A DNA stretch of 64,000 nucleotides from Octopus sinensis (lineage: Eukaryota). This document shows positions 25,712-38,678 of this stretch, in pieces. The stretch covers positions 6,386,001-6,450,000 of the forward strand of contig NC_043001.1 of assembly GCF_006345805.1 (NCBI RefSeq), in the 5' to 3' direction. Made by a program: the position numbers and the translations under genes. The stretch's first letter is position 1; each line of letters begins with the position of its first letter. The notes below the pieces were generated by a model. The model was not told the origin of the DNA. It saw only the letters and a list, made by a program, of their open reading frames with translations, and did not search any database.

Positions 25712-25869
25712 TATTCTCTCCTTGTTTTTTCTGTCCCTTTCTGTAGAAGAGCGTAGGCTCGAAACGTAAAAGACGTTTTCTATTTCTGAGCGTTATACTA
25801 ATACATCTGTGCGTTTTGTACACCACCTGTATTCGTCTTTTGTATATTTTTTTTCGTAAACTCTCCCTA
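25712..25869 (+). mobile_element. Short hammerhead-like repeat family 'H2' (PLE pLTR-like)
   Basis: cttt-CTGTAGA-a-GAGC-gtag-GCTC-GAAA-CG-TA-aaag at 25737-25772. Homologous to 51172-51330 and 54198-54388. Confidence 0.7.
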
Positions 25870-26755
25870 TATATATATATATTATATATATATATATTAT
25901 ATATATATAATATACTCTTCTCTACACAAAACTTCGACACAACCAGGGACACATCTTCCAAAGATACCCGAATTACATAGAACAACCTACAGAAGGTTGT
26001 TTTATTTTTTTAAATTGAACCATACGCAAGAAACAGTCGTATACTGTGCGAGTGACAGCGAAGTGGGAGCTCTAGCTACGATTTTTATAAAGAGTTACAT
26101 CCAAGGAGATGAAGAAAATAAGCACAGACTAGCAATTTCGCTATCCTTGATGAACGTCTGAGAGGCCATCACACTGTACATCGGGTCACATCCAGGTTGT
26201 ATCTTAAAATCATTACGGAAAACATTAGATACAGACATTTACCATTATGGGTGGCTTGGCATCATTACTATTATATCAACGACAGGGGGAAAATAGGAGA
26301 TGATCTTCTGCTGCGCCCTTAAAAACAGAAAACTTTCAGAAGGTACATAACATTTAAGAAAGGAATCGACGAAAATCATGTATGTTGTTAGAGTTTTTAA
26401 AATAACACCATAGTCATGTATGCATAATCAAAGGTAACGCTCCGATTCTTGAAAACATAAAATAGAAACTAAAATATTCTTATAGAATGGAATTCCGACA
26501 GTTCCTGTAGACTCTAGAATATAGAGTCTACATACTTAGCAAAATAATATCCATGATACGATCAATTGAAGATTTATCCATTTGGATTTTGAACCATTTT
26601 ATCGGTCCATAGCCAAGCACCTCATCCTAAAATCTTTAGAATTAACTAATAAAAAAAGCAATAAGATAGAACAAAAATATAAGATATATATATTTAATTA
26701 CTGGCACTAATTGCAATAATGCAATGAATATATATACGTATGTATATATATTATA

Positions 26756-26798
<43 letters not shown>

Positions 26799-26814
26799 CA
26801 ACACACACACATAT

Positions 26815-27224
26815 ACTCTTTTACCCTTTTCTTCTGTTACTGTTTTATTCATTTGACTGCAGACATGCTGGAGCACCGCCTTTAATCGAGCAAATCGACC
26901 CCAGGACTTCCTGGTAAGCCTAGTTCTTATTCTATCGGACTGTTGTGCCGAACCGCTAAGGTACGGGGACGTAAACATACCAGCATTGGTTGTCAATTTA
27001 TGTGTGGGGTAGGACAAATAGAGACACACAAACATATACCCACACATACATATATATACATATTTACGACAGGCTTCTTTCAGTTTCCGTCTACCAAGTC
27101 CACTCACAAGGATTTGGTAGGTCCGAGGTTAAAGTAGGAGACACTTGTTCAAGGTGCCACGCAGTGGGACTGAGCCCTGAACCATGTGGTTGGTAAGCAA
27201 GCTACTTACCACACAGCCACTCCT
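26815..27224 (-). mobile_element. SINE family B, full length
   Basis: ...aagcaagctacttaccacacagccactcct. Confidence 0.9.
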
Positions 27225-27760
27225 GTGTGCGTGTGTGTGAGGGGGTTCGTAAATGCATGCATGTATGTATGAATGCACCTGCATAAAATGGACTGGTAGC
27301 AAATACAGAAAGAACATTTTCGGCATATTGGAAACTATCAGAGTGTAAAGATTTCCGGTTTAGTCGGATTAAAGTTCCTACACTGAAGGAAAATAATAAA
27401 CGTGTTACATTACTGTGTGTGATTTCTGCAGAGGGAGACCGACGAGCACTAAATCTCTTTGGGATGAGATTTGGCTCTGAATCGAAGCTGATCAATTTCC
27501 TCGATGCAGCAGTAAATGTCAATACAGGACATAACTGCCCGTAGTGGAAGACGACAAACAGACATTCAATAAAAGGTGTGTATACATATGTGAGTGTGTG
27601 TGTGTGTGTGTGTGTTAATACACTCACACACACAAACATTGGTCCTACAAGCAGAATATTTTGACCTAAAAACGCCAAGTTCATAAAACATAATTGTTTT
27701 TGTTTTAATAGGCGTTACAAATTCTCCTTTGTAACTTCCGCCGGTTAAATACATACACAC

Positions 27761-27833
<73 letters not shown>

Positions 27834-28339
27834 ACACACACACACACACAAACTACAAGATATAAATATCCACACTACCACACCTGAAACGTATCTGTTA
27901 TAACTCTATAACTCGATGTGAATGTACGTCAAGGTATTTAGAATGCCCAAATTTATTTCTGTCAGCGTGCGAAGCGCCGATACCGATTATAGTCTAATCA
28001 ATAAGCGTAGGAGCGAGGAAAATTTAGTTAAAAATAATGGGGTCAGTGGATCCCTACTTAAGCGGTCCTTCAGAAATTTAAACCAGATAATGCTACCAGA
28101 TAATTCATAAATAATTAAAAGCTTTGTCTGAAATGTCAGATTTTCAAAATCTGTAGGCTTGTGGAAATTGTTGGGAATGATTAATATCAGTGGAGTAGGA
28201 AGAGGGTGTGGCACAGCGGAGCAATCCTTGACTTTGTTACACCAGCTACAGATTTGTAAGGGAAACCAAATGTGTCGCCCACAAAGATGTGTTGCCCGCG
28301 CAAACTACACCTCCTAGCTATGGTACCGCGTAATGATAA

Positions 28340-28652
28340 GCTCTTACTTGTTTCACTCATTTGATTGTAACCTTCATGGAGTACCACTTTGCAGAGATTT
28401 AGCCGAGTACTTATTATATCAGTTACATTTGCTGTACTGCTTGGTGATGAGAACGTAACTGCTACACACACATACATACATAAATACATACACATACACA
28501 CACATACATGCGGCTTCTTTCAGTTTCCCATTAATAAAGCCAGTCACAGTTCTTGGTCGGCCCGAGTTTTATAGTAGAAGACGTCCGCCTATGGTGCCAT
28601 GCAACTTGGAAGTATGTGATTGGGATGCAAACTTCTAACCACACAGCCATGG
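28340..28652 (-). mobile_element. SINE family B, degenerate
   Basis: cttacttgtttcactcatttgattg...cggcttctttcagtttcc...aaccacacagcca. Confidence 0.7.
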
Positions 28653-28884
28653 CTGCGGCTAATGTTAACCAAGAATGTATAACTAAAGGAATCCCTAGAT
28701 GCTGCAATCGGACTAGATTCCTATGGTTTTACTCTTTTATAAGGTCTGCTTTGCAAAGCGAATTCTACACTGAAGATTTATAGGAACGTTAGGTGGAATA
28801 GTATTAACTTCAATGTATCGCCCAAACATTAGAAGATGTTAAACATCGCTGGTTACAATGCACTTCTAATTCTGTCTTTATTTT

Positions 28885-29289
28885 ATTCCTTTATTGCCCA
28901 CAAGGTGCTAAACACAGAGAGGACAAATAAAGGGATTAAGTCGATTACATCGACCACGGTGCGTAACTGGTGCTTATTTAACCGACCCCGAAAGGATGAA
29001 AGGCAAAGTCGACCTCGTGGAATTTGAACTCAGAACGTAACGGTAATGAAATACCTATTTCTTTACTACCCACAAGTGGCTAAACACAGAAGGGACAAAC
29101 AAGGACAGACAAAGGGATTAAGTCGATTACATCGACCCCAGTGCGTAACTGGTACTTAATTTATCGACCCCGAAAGGATGAAAGGCAAAGTCGACCTCGG
29201 CGGAATTTGAACTCAGAACGTAGCGGCAGACGAAACACCGTTATGTATTTCGCCCGATGTGCTAACGTTTTCTGCCAGCTCGCTGCCTT
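28885..29289 (-). mobile_element. SINE family A dimer
   Basis: Two tandem units with junction gaaatacctatttc. The head ends ctgccagctcgctgcctt. Confidence 0.9.
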
Positions 29290-30384
29290 ATTTCTGACTT
29301 TATTTTTACATCCTTTCCATCCTGACCTCAGTTTTCCCCTCTTCATGGATGCCTTCCACATGGCCTCTTTCCGATTCTTTGGTTACCACTCGAAAGTTAC
29401 ACGAGTCCACAGTTGCGAAACCTTACCATATTATATAATGATGATGCAACAGTGACTATGTTTGTTTGGTAGTCATGGTAGCTGTGCTTATGCTGTGACA
29501 GGACCAACTAAGCTTCAAAGGATTCGGACTTCTCACTTTACGAACCGACTGTTTCACAGAAGCGAGCACGTAGTTCATTCGTTTGATGCTGGAAGACAAT
29601 TAAACTGAAACCTATTAAACCGAAGCCTAATTATAATGGCAATAAATGGCCTGCCCACTAAAGCAGTGGGGTCACTTCATCTTAAAAGCTAAAACAATGC
29701 GTGGCAATAGAAACGGTCAGTGAAACCATAAAAGGAAGATATCGAATTAAGACAAAAACCTCTTAAGAATTATTCATAGAAAACACCCAGTTGATTAGTT
29801 TCAATGCAATATAGCATCACTTTTGAAATAGTTTTGTGTCGTGCAGTGTATAAGAGAGCAAAGCCATAAAATGAAAATTCTCAAACCTTCTATTTGATAA
29901 TTTGAGATTAGTTATTCTTATAATCATTTCATCACATGTGTGTCGTTCATATCTCATCTTCACACTCTTCTATACTGAATGCATAATCTCCAGCAGAATG
30001 ATGTCTGCTGCGTAGAGATTTACATCATCCATATAATTTATCTATCATTTGTTGACTTAGCAAACACCGAAACTCTTATTTGGCATATATATATATATAT
30101 GGTTGTGCGTATGAGTGTGTATGTGAGTGTGTGTGTAAAAAGAGCAGGAACAAAGAAACAGAGAGTGAGGGAGAGAGGAGGATAGTATGCATAAATTTGG
30201 TTCAAATACACTCTGCCTTTTAAATAGTCATGACGTGGTCAACGCTGTTATTCTCGTGTCATTCATAACATTAATGTTTGTTATGGGATTCCGTTCTTAT
30301 TCTGACGTGTTTTTTTCTCTTTTGCATATATGTTGGTCAGCTAGCTATTTAGCAGTAGTAGTAACAAGAGGTCACAAAAGAGAG

Positions 30385-30401
30385 GTGGTAGTAGTAGTAG
30401 C

Positions 30402-30445
<44 letters not shown>

Positions 30446-30553
30446 AAGAAGAAGAAGAAGAAGAAGAAAAAGAGGCGATGATAGTTGTAGAAGTAGTGGT
30501 AGTAGTATGAAGAATCTAATGCATCCTAGATTATATACATATATATATATATA

Positions 30554-30650
<97 letters not shown>

Positions 30651-30651
30651 G

Positions 30652-30714
<63 letters not shown>

Positions 30715-30719
30715 ATACA

Positions 30720-30779
<60 letters not shown>

Positions 30780-30800
30780 TGTATGTATGTATGTATGTAT
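30385..30800. repeat. (GTA)n-(GAA)n followed by (TA)n-(ATGT)n microsatellites
   Basis: Read directly from the sequence. Confidence 0.95.
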
Positions 30801-31208
30801 GCCTGTATGTATGTATAAACTACAGAGTGTTCTAAAGCTCAATGTGTTAGCCGACCAGGAATGCTACAGATAACCATTCGCAATAAATCAAAGATAATAT
30901 TAGTAGCGATGCAAAAACTGAATAAACCAGTCTCACATCTTCTGTATCGTAAGTAACAACTAAGTACGGTATGTAGTAAAATTGTGTTCGTGGTGTATGG
31001 GTTCCTAGCAATATTGGTGGAGATGAAACAACTAATATCGATAACCCTATAAGTTTCCAATTAAGGCAAACCCTTATTTCTATGATATTCCTTTCAAATT
31101 TTCCGCCCTTACATTAATGTACATCAAAATATATCCTGTATTAACAAAATTGAAATCCTGGAAATTCATACTTCCGTTACGGTGAGTGTTAATGTATTTT
31201 AGTATGTT

Positions 31209-31440
31209 AAGGCGGCGAGCTGGCAGAAACGTTAACACCCCGCGCGAAATGCTGAGCGGTATTTCGTCTGCCGGTACGTTCTGAGTTCAAATTCCGCCGA
31301 GGTCGACTTTGCCTTTCATCCTTTCGGGATCGATAAATTAAGTACCAGTTACACACTGGAGTCAATGTAATCGACTTCATCCGTTTGTCTGTCCTTGTTT
31401 GTCCTCTCTGTGTTTTGCCCCTTGTGGGTAGTAAAGAAAT
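31209..31440 (+). mobile_element. SINE family A monomer with 17-bp TSD
   Basis: atgtattttagtatgtt at 31192-31208 and 31441-31457. Confidence 0.93.
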
Positions 31441-31510
31441 ATGTATTTTAGTATGTTGATTTGGTCATTCATAGGCAGGTGCCTTGCGGTGCGTTCAAAT
31501 CATTGACAAG

Positions 31511-31719
31511 GTCCAAAATCCTGGAGATAAATCCTGCGTCTTCCCTACCCGCTACCGCCGCTACCGGAATGACTTTTTCTTCTCCTACAGTTATATATCG
31601 TTATCGACACTTTTATAGACATTTATAAATATGTCGATAACTATATATAACGGTTGGAGAAGAAAAATCATTCCGGAAGCGGCTAGTGAAAACGCCGGAT
31701 ACATCTCCAGCATTTTGGA
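31511..31719. repeat. Long imperfect inverted repeat (foldback), arms about 90-100 bp with a ~22-nt spacer
   Basis: The left arm tccaaaatcctggagataaatcc...ccggaatgactttttcttctcc...gttatcgaca pairs with tgtcgataac...ggagaagaaaaatcattccgg...ggatacatctccagcattttgga. Confidence 0.9.
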
Positions 31720-31909
31720 GCAAAAAATATTTCTCAGACGGAAGATGTAGTAATTTACTTGTCAAACGTATATATAATTCATGGCTCGTTTGTTTCTATT
31801 ATAACTCTTTTAACACTTTAATAACACTGTCCGTAAATTTCAAACTCTTTAGTCTGTTATATACACTCACACATACATGCATTAGTTTAGATGTACATTT
31901 AGGGTTCTA

Positions 31910-32170
31910 TGTATCCATCAATCCGTTTTCTCCTCTCTCAATTCCTGGGTGGGTCATTGAGGTAGATTCCTGAGGCACACCTTCCATTAGAACGTTACGA
32001 GAAGCCACTATATTTACCATTTCCAGATAGATTTCCAAGGACGACCAACAGAGTCTCTGGATATTACGTAACGGACTTTTTCTTAGTCTACTCCGAGGTC
32101 TTCTCCCGATTGTCTCGGCTTCAAGGATTCGCATTGTGATTCTTCTCAGCAATATTTTTATCACAAATCT
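31910..32170 (-). pseudogene. RTE-clade LINE 3' end (ORF C-terminus and 3' UTR)
   Basis: RRITMRILEAETIGRRPRSRLRKSPLRNIQRLCWSSLEI resembles the GKRPRGRPRxRW C-terminus. The tail is ggattgatggat. Confidence 0.65.
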
Positions 32171-33359
32171 TTAGTACCAGAACTGTGATCTCTCAATGTG
32201 GAAAGGGTTCCCTTATCACCAAGCTATGTAATCGGACGATTAACATTGCCCGAAAGATTCATCACAGAAATCGCTTCTCGGCTGCTTTCATTGGCGATCG
32301 TAGTCATCACCGAACATTTATGACCAGATGTGCAGTTAGACACGAAAACCACTCCACTTACAATAATCGAATGCCGGAGCAGCTGCATTACTGTGTCAGC
32401 ATCTACAATCCTAAAGTCCAGTTCATTCTATGAGTTTCCATCTCTAGCTTTGCAGTGTAGCACAGTTGAACTGACCAATTTGAATATTAAACACATTCCT
32501 GGATACTTGTAGATATATATTGCTCTCAATTAATATATTCGTACGAGTATTTAGCTGATGAGATCGTGGACAGTTGATGGATTAGATAAGGTGCTGACGA
32601 TAGAGCAATAATCGTTGAAATATTCATATACACCCATTAACTATTTTTCTTATCGTCGATCGCATTGTTTACATCAACGTATTTGTTTAGGAAACGTCGT
32701 AATCTGCATGCATTACATACATGCATGCATACATGCATACATACATACATACATACATACCATCATACATACACACATACAAACAGAGAAACAGACAGAC
32801 ATAGACATATATGTATTCATATGCACATATATAATCTAATTTCAATTTCATATCGAATGACTACATGTATACAATTATGTTCTCTTGGTGGGAGTTTGGC
32901 CTGAAATGTTTTACAGCAAACATTTTCTGATCAAGAGAATTTCAGTTGCGCCTAAGATTTATTGTTTTTAAATTCTCAATATCCATAGGAATTTGCAGTA
33001 GTATATAAACGTTTACGTATGTCTCCCTCTCGAGGTGTTTCCATCACGTGTATTACAGTAAGAATTCTGCACACCATGCCGTAATCAATTTCGTATTTAC
33101 TCCTGGTTAATAAATTAAGTATCAGTGGAGCAAAGCTTCGATCAAATCAACTGTATCCTTCTCCTCAAAACTGAAGACCTTTTGCCAAAATTGGAGAGCA
33201 TTATTTCTAGGATTCTGCTTAACACCTGTCGTACGTCTAACGTTAGATTCTGGGGTTTTGTTATTTCGAGACGTCTAAAATATGTTTCACCTTAGTCCGC
33301 TGGCTGTGGACATATGACGCTTTCCATCATACACAGCAAAATAAGCTGTGGGTTTTCAT

Positions 33360-33380
33360 ATGATGATGATGATGATGATA

Positions 33381-33447
<67 letters not shown>

Positions 33448-33448
33448 A

Positions 33449-33494
<46 letters not shown>

Positions 33495-33873
33495 GTGATG
33501 ATGATGATGATGATCATAATACCTGTGTGTTTTTTATATGAAGATTGTAAATACTCAATCATCTTTCACAAAAGTGTTGGTACTATGTTTGTAGTAATGC
33601 ACAGTTTCGTTTCCTCACTTATCAACACATTAAAATTGAACTCACAATCATTTCTATAAAAACCTTATGTCTCTGCTGAAAATTCGATGCGTTTTTATGT
33701 ATTAGACGAAATTAGTAACGTATTACATTCCAGATTCCAGCGTCGTCGCAAAAAACACCCTGTAACATATCGGTTAATAAATTCAGTATTATATTTAATA
33801 CCATCACCACCACCACCACTACAACAACAACAACTATACTACTACTACTACTACTACTACTACTACACTACTA

Positions 33874-33914
<41 letters not shown>

Positions 33915-33942
33915 ACTACTACTACTACTACTACTACTACTG
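33360..33942. repeat. Two compound trinucleotide tracts (GAT/AAT at 33360-33520; CAC/CAA/CTA/CTG at 33800-33942)
   Basis: Read directly from the sequence. Confidence 0.93.
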
Positions 33943-34376
33943 TCGCTATTGTCTTTTGTTATAATTAATGCTCTGTTACCCTTTAATTTCTTTATATAAT
34001 AATGAGGAATTTTTTTCCCTTCATTAAATATTCGATATTCATGTCATGTACGCAATTCATTATCGTTCATAATTTGAAAGAAAAATCATTTCATGAATGC
34101 AAAATACAAGAAAAAAAAAACACAAGAAAAAAAAAACACAGATTTTAAAGAAATATATATGTAAAAAAAAAAGAAAACACTGAAATAAAAATCATGAAAA
34201 ATATCAATTTAATGCTAACATGTTTTGTATTTTTCTTTAGAATATATATTGCGAAGTAAGTGACAGAAAATATAGCATAAATAAATAAAATGTTCAAGAA
34301 GAAGAAGAATACTGGTGTGAAGAATAGAGCAGAGAATAAGACATAAAGCAGGAACGCGAAAGAGACAACGATGTAC

Positions 34377-34430
<54 letters not shown>

Positions 34431-34455
34431 TAGAATAATAATAATCATAATAATA

Positions 34456-34489
<34 letters not shown>

Positions 34490-34509
34490 TATAATGATAG
34501 ATAATAATA

Positions 34510-34555
<46 letters not shown>

Positions 34556-34574
34556 GATAAAAATAATAATAATA

Positions 34575-34620
<46 letters not shown>

Positions 34621-34625
34621 TTATA

Positions 34626-34978
34626 ATACCGGCTGATGACAACGTGTCTCTAAAAGAAATGGAGAACTCTCAAAATACAAAGACCTGGAAATAGAGGTAA
34701 CTAGAATGTGGAATCTAAAAACAGAAACAAATCCTATCATAGTAGGTGCATTAGGCATGATAAAAAATACTCAGACAAATACATAACAAAACACCAGGAC
34801 TTACAAAACACATATAACATACAGAAAATTGCACTACTAGGCACTGCACACATCCTACGCAGAACACTTTCCATACAATAACCATCAGAGCATCACAACA
34901 AATCACAGCACATACCCAAGGCACACAGAGCTGTGCTCGGTAGTGAAGTGAAAGCACGCTATAAAAAAAAACTACTGA
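34626..34978 (+). mobile_element. 5'-truncated R4/Dong-type LINE (RLE C-terminus and 3' UTR) inside (AAT)n
   Basis: IPADDNVSLKEME/SKYKDLEIEVTRMWNLKTETNPIIVGALGMIK/...YNIQKIALLGTAHILRRTLSIQ*. Long (AAT)n on both sides. Confidence 0.9.
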
Positions 34979-35082
34979 ATAATAATAATAATAATAATAA
35001 TGATGATAAAAATAATAATATAATAATAATAATAATAATATAATAATAATAATAATGATAATAAATAATAATAATAATAATA

Positions 35083-35123
<41 letters not shown>

Positions 35124-35159
35124 TAATAATAATAATAATAACAACAACAACAATGGCTT

Positions 35160-35361
35160 CCACTAAAGGCACAAGCCCAAAAATTATGGGGAGTAATCGA
35201 TTAACATCGACGCAAGTGTTTCATTGGTATTTAATTTATCGACCCCGAAAGGATGAAAGGCAAAGTCGACCTTGGTAGAATTTGAACGGAGAACGTGCTG
35301 ACAAAATACCGCTCGGCATTTCACCCATTGGTGCTAGCAATTTTGCCAGCTCGCTGCCTCA
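35160..35361 (-). mobile_element. Older SINE family A-related copy
   Basis: ttatcgaccccgaaaggatgaaaggcaaagtcgacc core. Confidence 0.8.
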
Positions 35362-35413
35362 ATGATAATAATAATGATAACAACAACAACAACAACAGCA
35401 ATAATAATAAACA

Positions 35414-35937
35414 TGCCCTGATGCAGTACCAGGCAGTGGCTCACATGGCTTCTGATCTTAACTGATTGGAAGTGTTATCATGTACATTGTTTTGTCTTGC
35501 TATAAAAGGTGGGCTACAGCAAATATTCTGCTCAATACCACATTTATGCTTGTCAATTGTTTGACCTCAACCAGTTGAGCATGTCTCTTAGTGGCTGACG
35601 ATATGTGCATCTCTGATCACGAGCAGAAGTGGTAGAGGAGCAACATAGCCATGTGTTGAGAAGGATTCTTTGGGGTTTGAATAATTCACCTCTGGCAACA
35701 TGGGTGTTTCATTCAACATCCTTAAACAACCCTCATTCAGGGAACTTTTGAGCAGGATAGGCTACTCTACCCGAAGAAAATTTTAATTGGGCCCCACCTT
35801 CAAGGTTATGCGCTGTTAATCTTGATATGAGATCACCATGTCTCGCACATATGGTTGTGATGCATGAGCTGCTGTACCCTTATCAGATGAGTAGTCATGA
35901 TGGGTATACTGGGCTTCGTATATTTTACCTCAGCGAC
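35414..35937 (+). mobile_element. Non-coding ~530-bp interspersed element (family F) flanked by (AAT)n
   Basis: Colinear with the reverse complement of 48389-48939. Confidence 0.85.
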
Positions 35938-35958
35938 GAAAGAATAATAATAATAATG

Positions 35959-36002
<44 letters not shown>

Positions 36003-36003
<1 letters not shown>

Positions 36004-36880
36004 GGCCACTGTTTTAGCTCTAATATTAGAATGGAATTTGGACTCAAAAAGTGCGTAATAATCTAGCTAAAACGTAAAAGACCCTGTGTGAACCTGTGAG
36101 ACTTCTGACAGCAGGGTGCTGTCCCCGCTCTCAGAATCTGCCAGAACAAACATTCTGAGGAATAAGATAACAACAACAGCAAGAACAACAACGATAATTT
36201 CTATTATAGGTGCAATATACATATTTCATCGAATTGTAATCATGAAAGGAAAAGTTGACTTCTATGAAGAAACGGGGAATAGGAGAAGGATAAAGTACCT
36301 TGCTAATTTACTTTAGGCTAGAGTCTTCCTTGACACAAGCCGTTGGTTTTCATCTGAGATCCAAGTGAGCCCTACTGGTCCACGATAGCAAAATAGTAAA
36401 ATGGATATTCCTAGGAATATTTTACGCGTCGGTTTTAAGGTTTCATTTAAATATGCCTCTGTAGCAACCGATGAGTTTCTTTCGCAAACGTTTCTACATA
36501 GATTAACATCCGCAAGTGAATGTATGGATAGCAAAATAGGAATTTTGAAAAATAAGATTCCATGAAACTAGTTTTTAACATCAAATGACAATGGCACTCA
36601 GAATAAAACATTGACCAAAGGGGTCCATAGGTAAAAAGAAAATGACTGAGACCCAATAGACTAAAGGGTGAATATCGAGATGAAGGACATGATCAGAACA
36701 TTACATAATAGAAGAGTGAAGAAACGATGTGGATCGAAACCCAGCGGAGGCACCTTGATCAATGACATTAATATTTGGGCTGTAAACATGGTCCACTACG
36801 GAATGAGAGCCGTGGAATTGACAAAAGACAAACTGGTCAACACAGACAATGGAAATAGAAAGAGAATGGCAATGCTACTG
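36003..36880 (+). pseudogene. Scattered RT fragments of an R4/Dong-type LINE (36003-36080 and 36690-36880)
   Basis: FSSNIRMEFGLKKCVII and NRRVKKRCGSKPSGGTLINDINIWAVNMVHYGMRAVELTKDKLVNTDNGNRKRMAM (thumb region). Confidence 0.6.
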
Positions 36881-38145
36881 ATGCTGTTTGGAACCAGTTT
36901 AAAAGTAAACGAAGATTTCCTCTTGAAAACAATCATTTTGGACTGACGTTTAGAATATTCTTCAGTAGCAAGAAATAGTCATTTGAATACGTTTCATAGA
37001 GTAAAGGAATTTTTATTTGTATCGTTCATAGAGAGGTCTGGAAATATTATTCGAATACTCATTCTTAAAACGTCTAAGCCTGTTCGGACGTAATTTTGTA
37101 CGTCATACGGCTTTAAATTTTCATTTTTACGACGGCTGTCAATTCAACAAACATGGATCACTGGTTCACGGCATTCTGCAACACCACTATTTCGACACAC
37201 TTGTTTCCCAGAATACTGTGCACCAGTCAAACCAATTGCTTTGAACACATTGTCATTGAAATAGAAAGAAGTTCATCGCCAATGACATGCGCTGCAACGA
37301 CCAGCTTATTCTAGATTTGAACCTGCCAAGACCTGTTAGATAATCTGTTGCAATAATGATTCTATACAATGTCGAAGTGTTCAGAAACACGGATATCAGA
37401 GAAAACTCTGAGTGTCAACGAGAATAAATTGATCCAGTAAAAGTCAGCCTGATATCCTGAGACAACTTGTAGATCTCTCAAATATTCAAGTGCTACAGGA
37501 ATTATTGTTTCGAGATAAATGGAAAACGCATGGAAGGACACTTGATCACTATTATCCGAACAGTGGAATGCAATGAAACCCTTCCACGGGCATAAGTTCA
37601 GTGTTTGCTCTTGGTTTACGTGTATCTGAGAATCCAGCATTTGGGCAAGAACATGCGGAGTATCAATCTTCGTCTGATTCTGGGAAGGAATGTCGGCCAG
37701 ATATTGTTTCTCTAGCAGCTGTATTGAAATACTTCGTATAGTGAATGCAACTAGGCACGTGGAAGACAAATAGCATTTCATACCAATCAAGACGTCATCA
37801 CCTTTCCAGATCTATTCTGAATGTTGAGGGGAGGGAAAAAGAAAATGTTACTCTGCAGCACTTGTTTAGATGACAGATGGGAAACAAATATGATGATTCA
37901 AGGTTTAAGAATGACAATTAGGAGAACGCAGATTAGATAATCGGTTTGGAAAAGCTGGAATTTATAGCCTACGACCTTATTGATGTTAAGTAGCGTCTTC
38001 TCTCCCCGAGGGGATTCTAATAATAATTTTTGTATACTATATATAATTTAGAAACAATATATATTGTAGATTAGGCACCATTAAAATCCATTCAGTTTTA
38101 ATTAACTCGCCATGAAATAATGTATTGTTCTTGTTGCTGTTGCTG

Positions 38146-38194
<49 letters not shown>

Positions 38195-38197
38195 TAT

Positions 38198-38678
38198 TGC
38201 CTTTGCACCAGCTTCTAACGCTGGAGATGTACTACGGCGTCAGCTGCTCACTACCGTTTAACCAGGGTAACACCCCTTATTTTTCGAGCACTTTCCGGAG
38301 TATTCGAGCGGTTCCAAGTAGTGCTGCTATCTTCTCCACCGTTACTGCACCCCTATTTGTTCCATGTACTTCTCAAGATTTTTACTCACTGTTCACAGGG
38401 TTCCGACAATTCTTGGTACCACAACTACATTTTTCATCAACTACAACTGCTTAACTTCTCAAGCTAACCTGTCATATCTATCAACTTTTCTTTCTTCCTT
38501 ATTTTATACCTTGTCAGCTGGGCATGCTATATCTATGAACCAGCATAGTTTGCTTTCTTTCTCAATTAAGACTGTGTCTGCTTCCTATTCTCTATCTCAT
38601 GGTCGCACTGAATCATTAAACCTCACAGAATCTTTGAATTATCATTTTCGATGATGCCTTCGGGTTTGTAGTCGTAAC
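38198..38678 (-). mobile_element. RLE LINE 3' end with (AAT/GAT)n tail
   Basis: Minus translation YKPEGIIENDNSKIL...IQCDHEIE...LCWFIDIACPADK...KEERKVDRYDRL...ALLGTARILRKVLEK*. Confidence 0.85.

Noticed and set aside
26506-26532. Perfect 11-bp inverted repeat tgtagactcta-gaata-tagagtctaca
   Set aside because: Real but isolated, with no context or second copy to suggest function.
35414-35475. Possible U2 snRNA similarity at the 5' end of family F (tgcagtacc)
   Set aside because: Only a 9-mer plus a weak opposite-strand match; insufficient.
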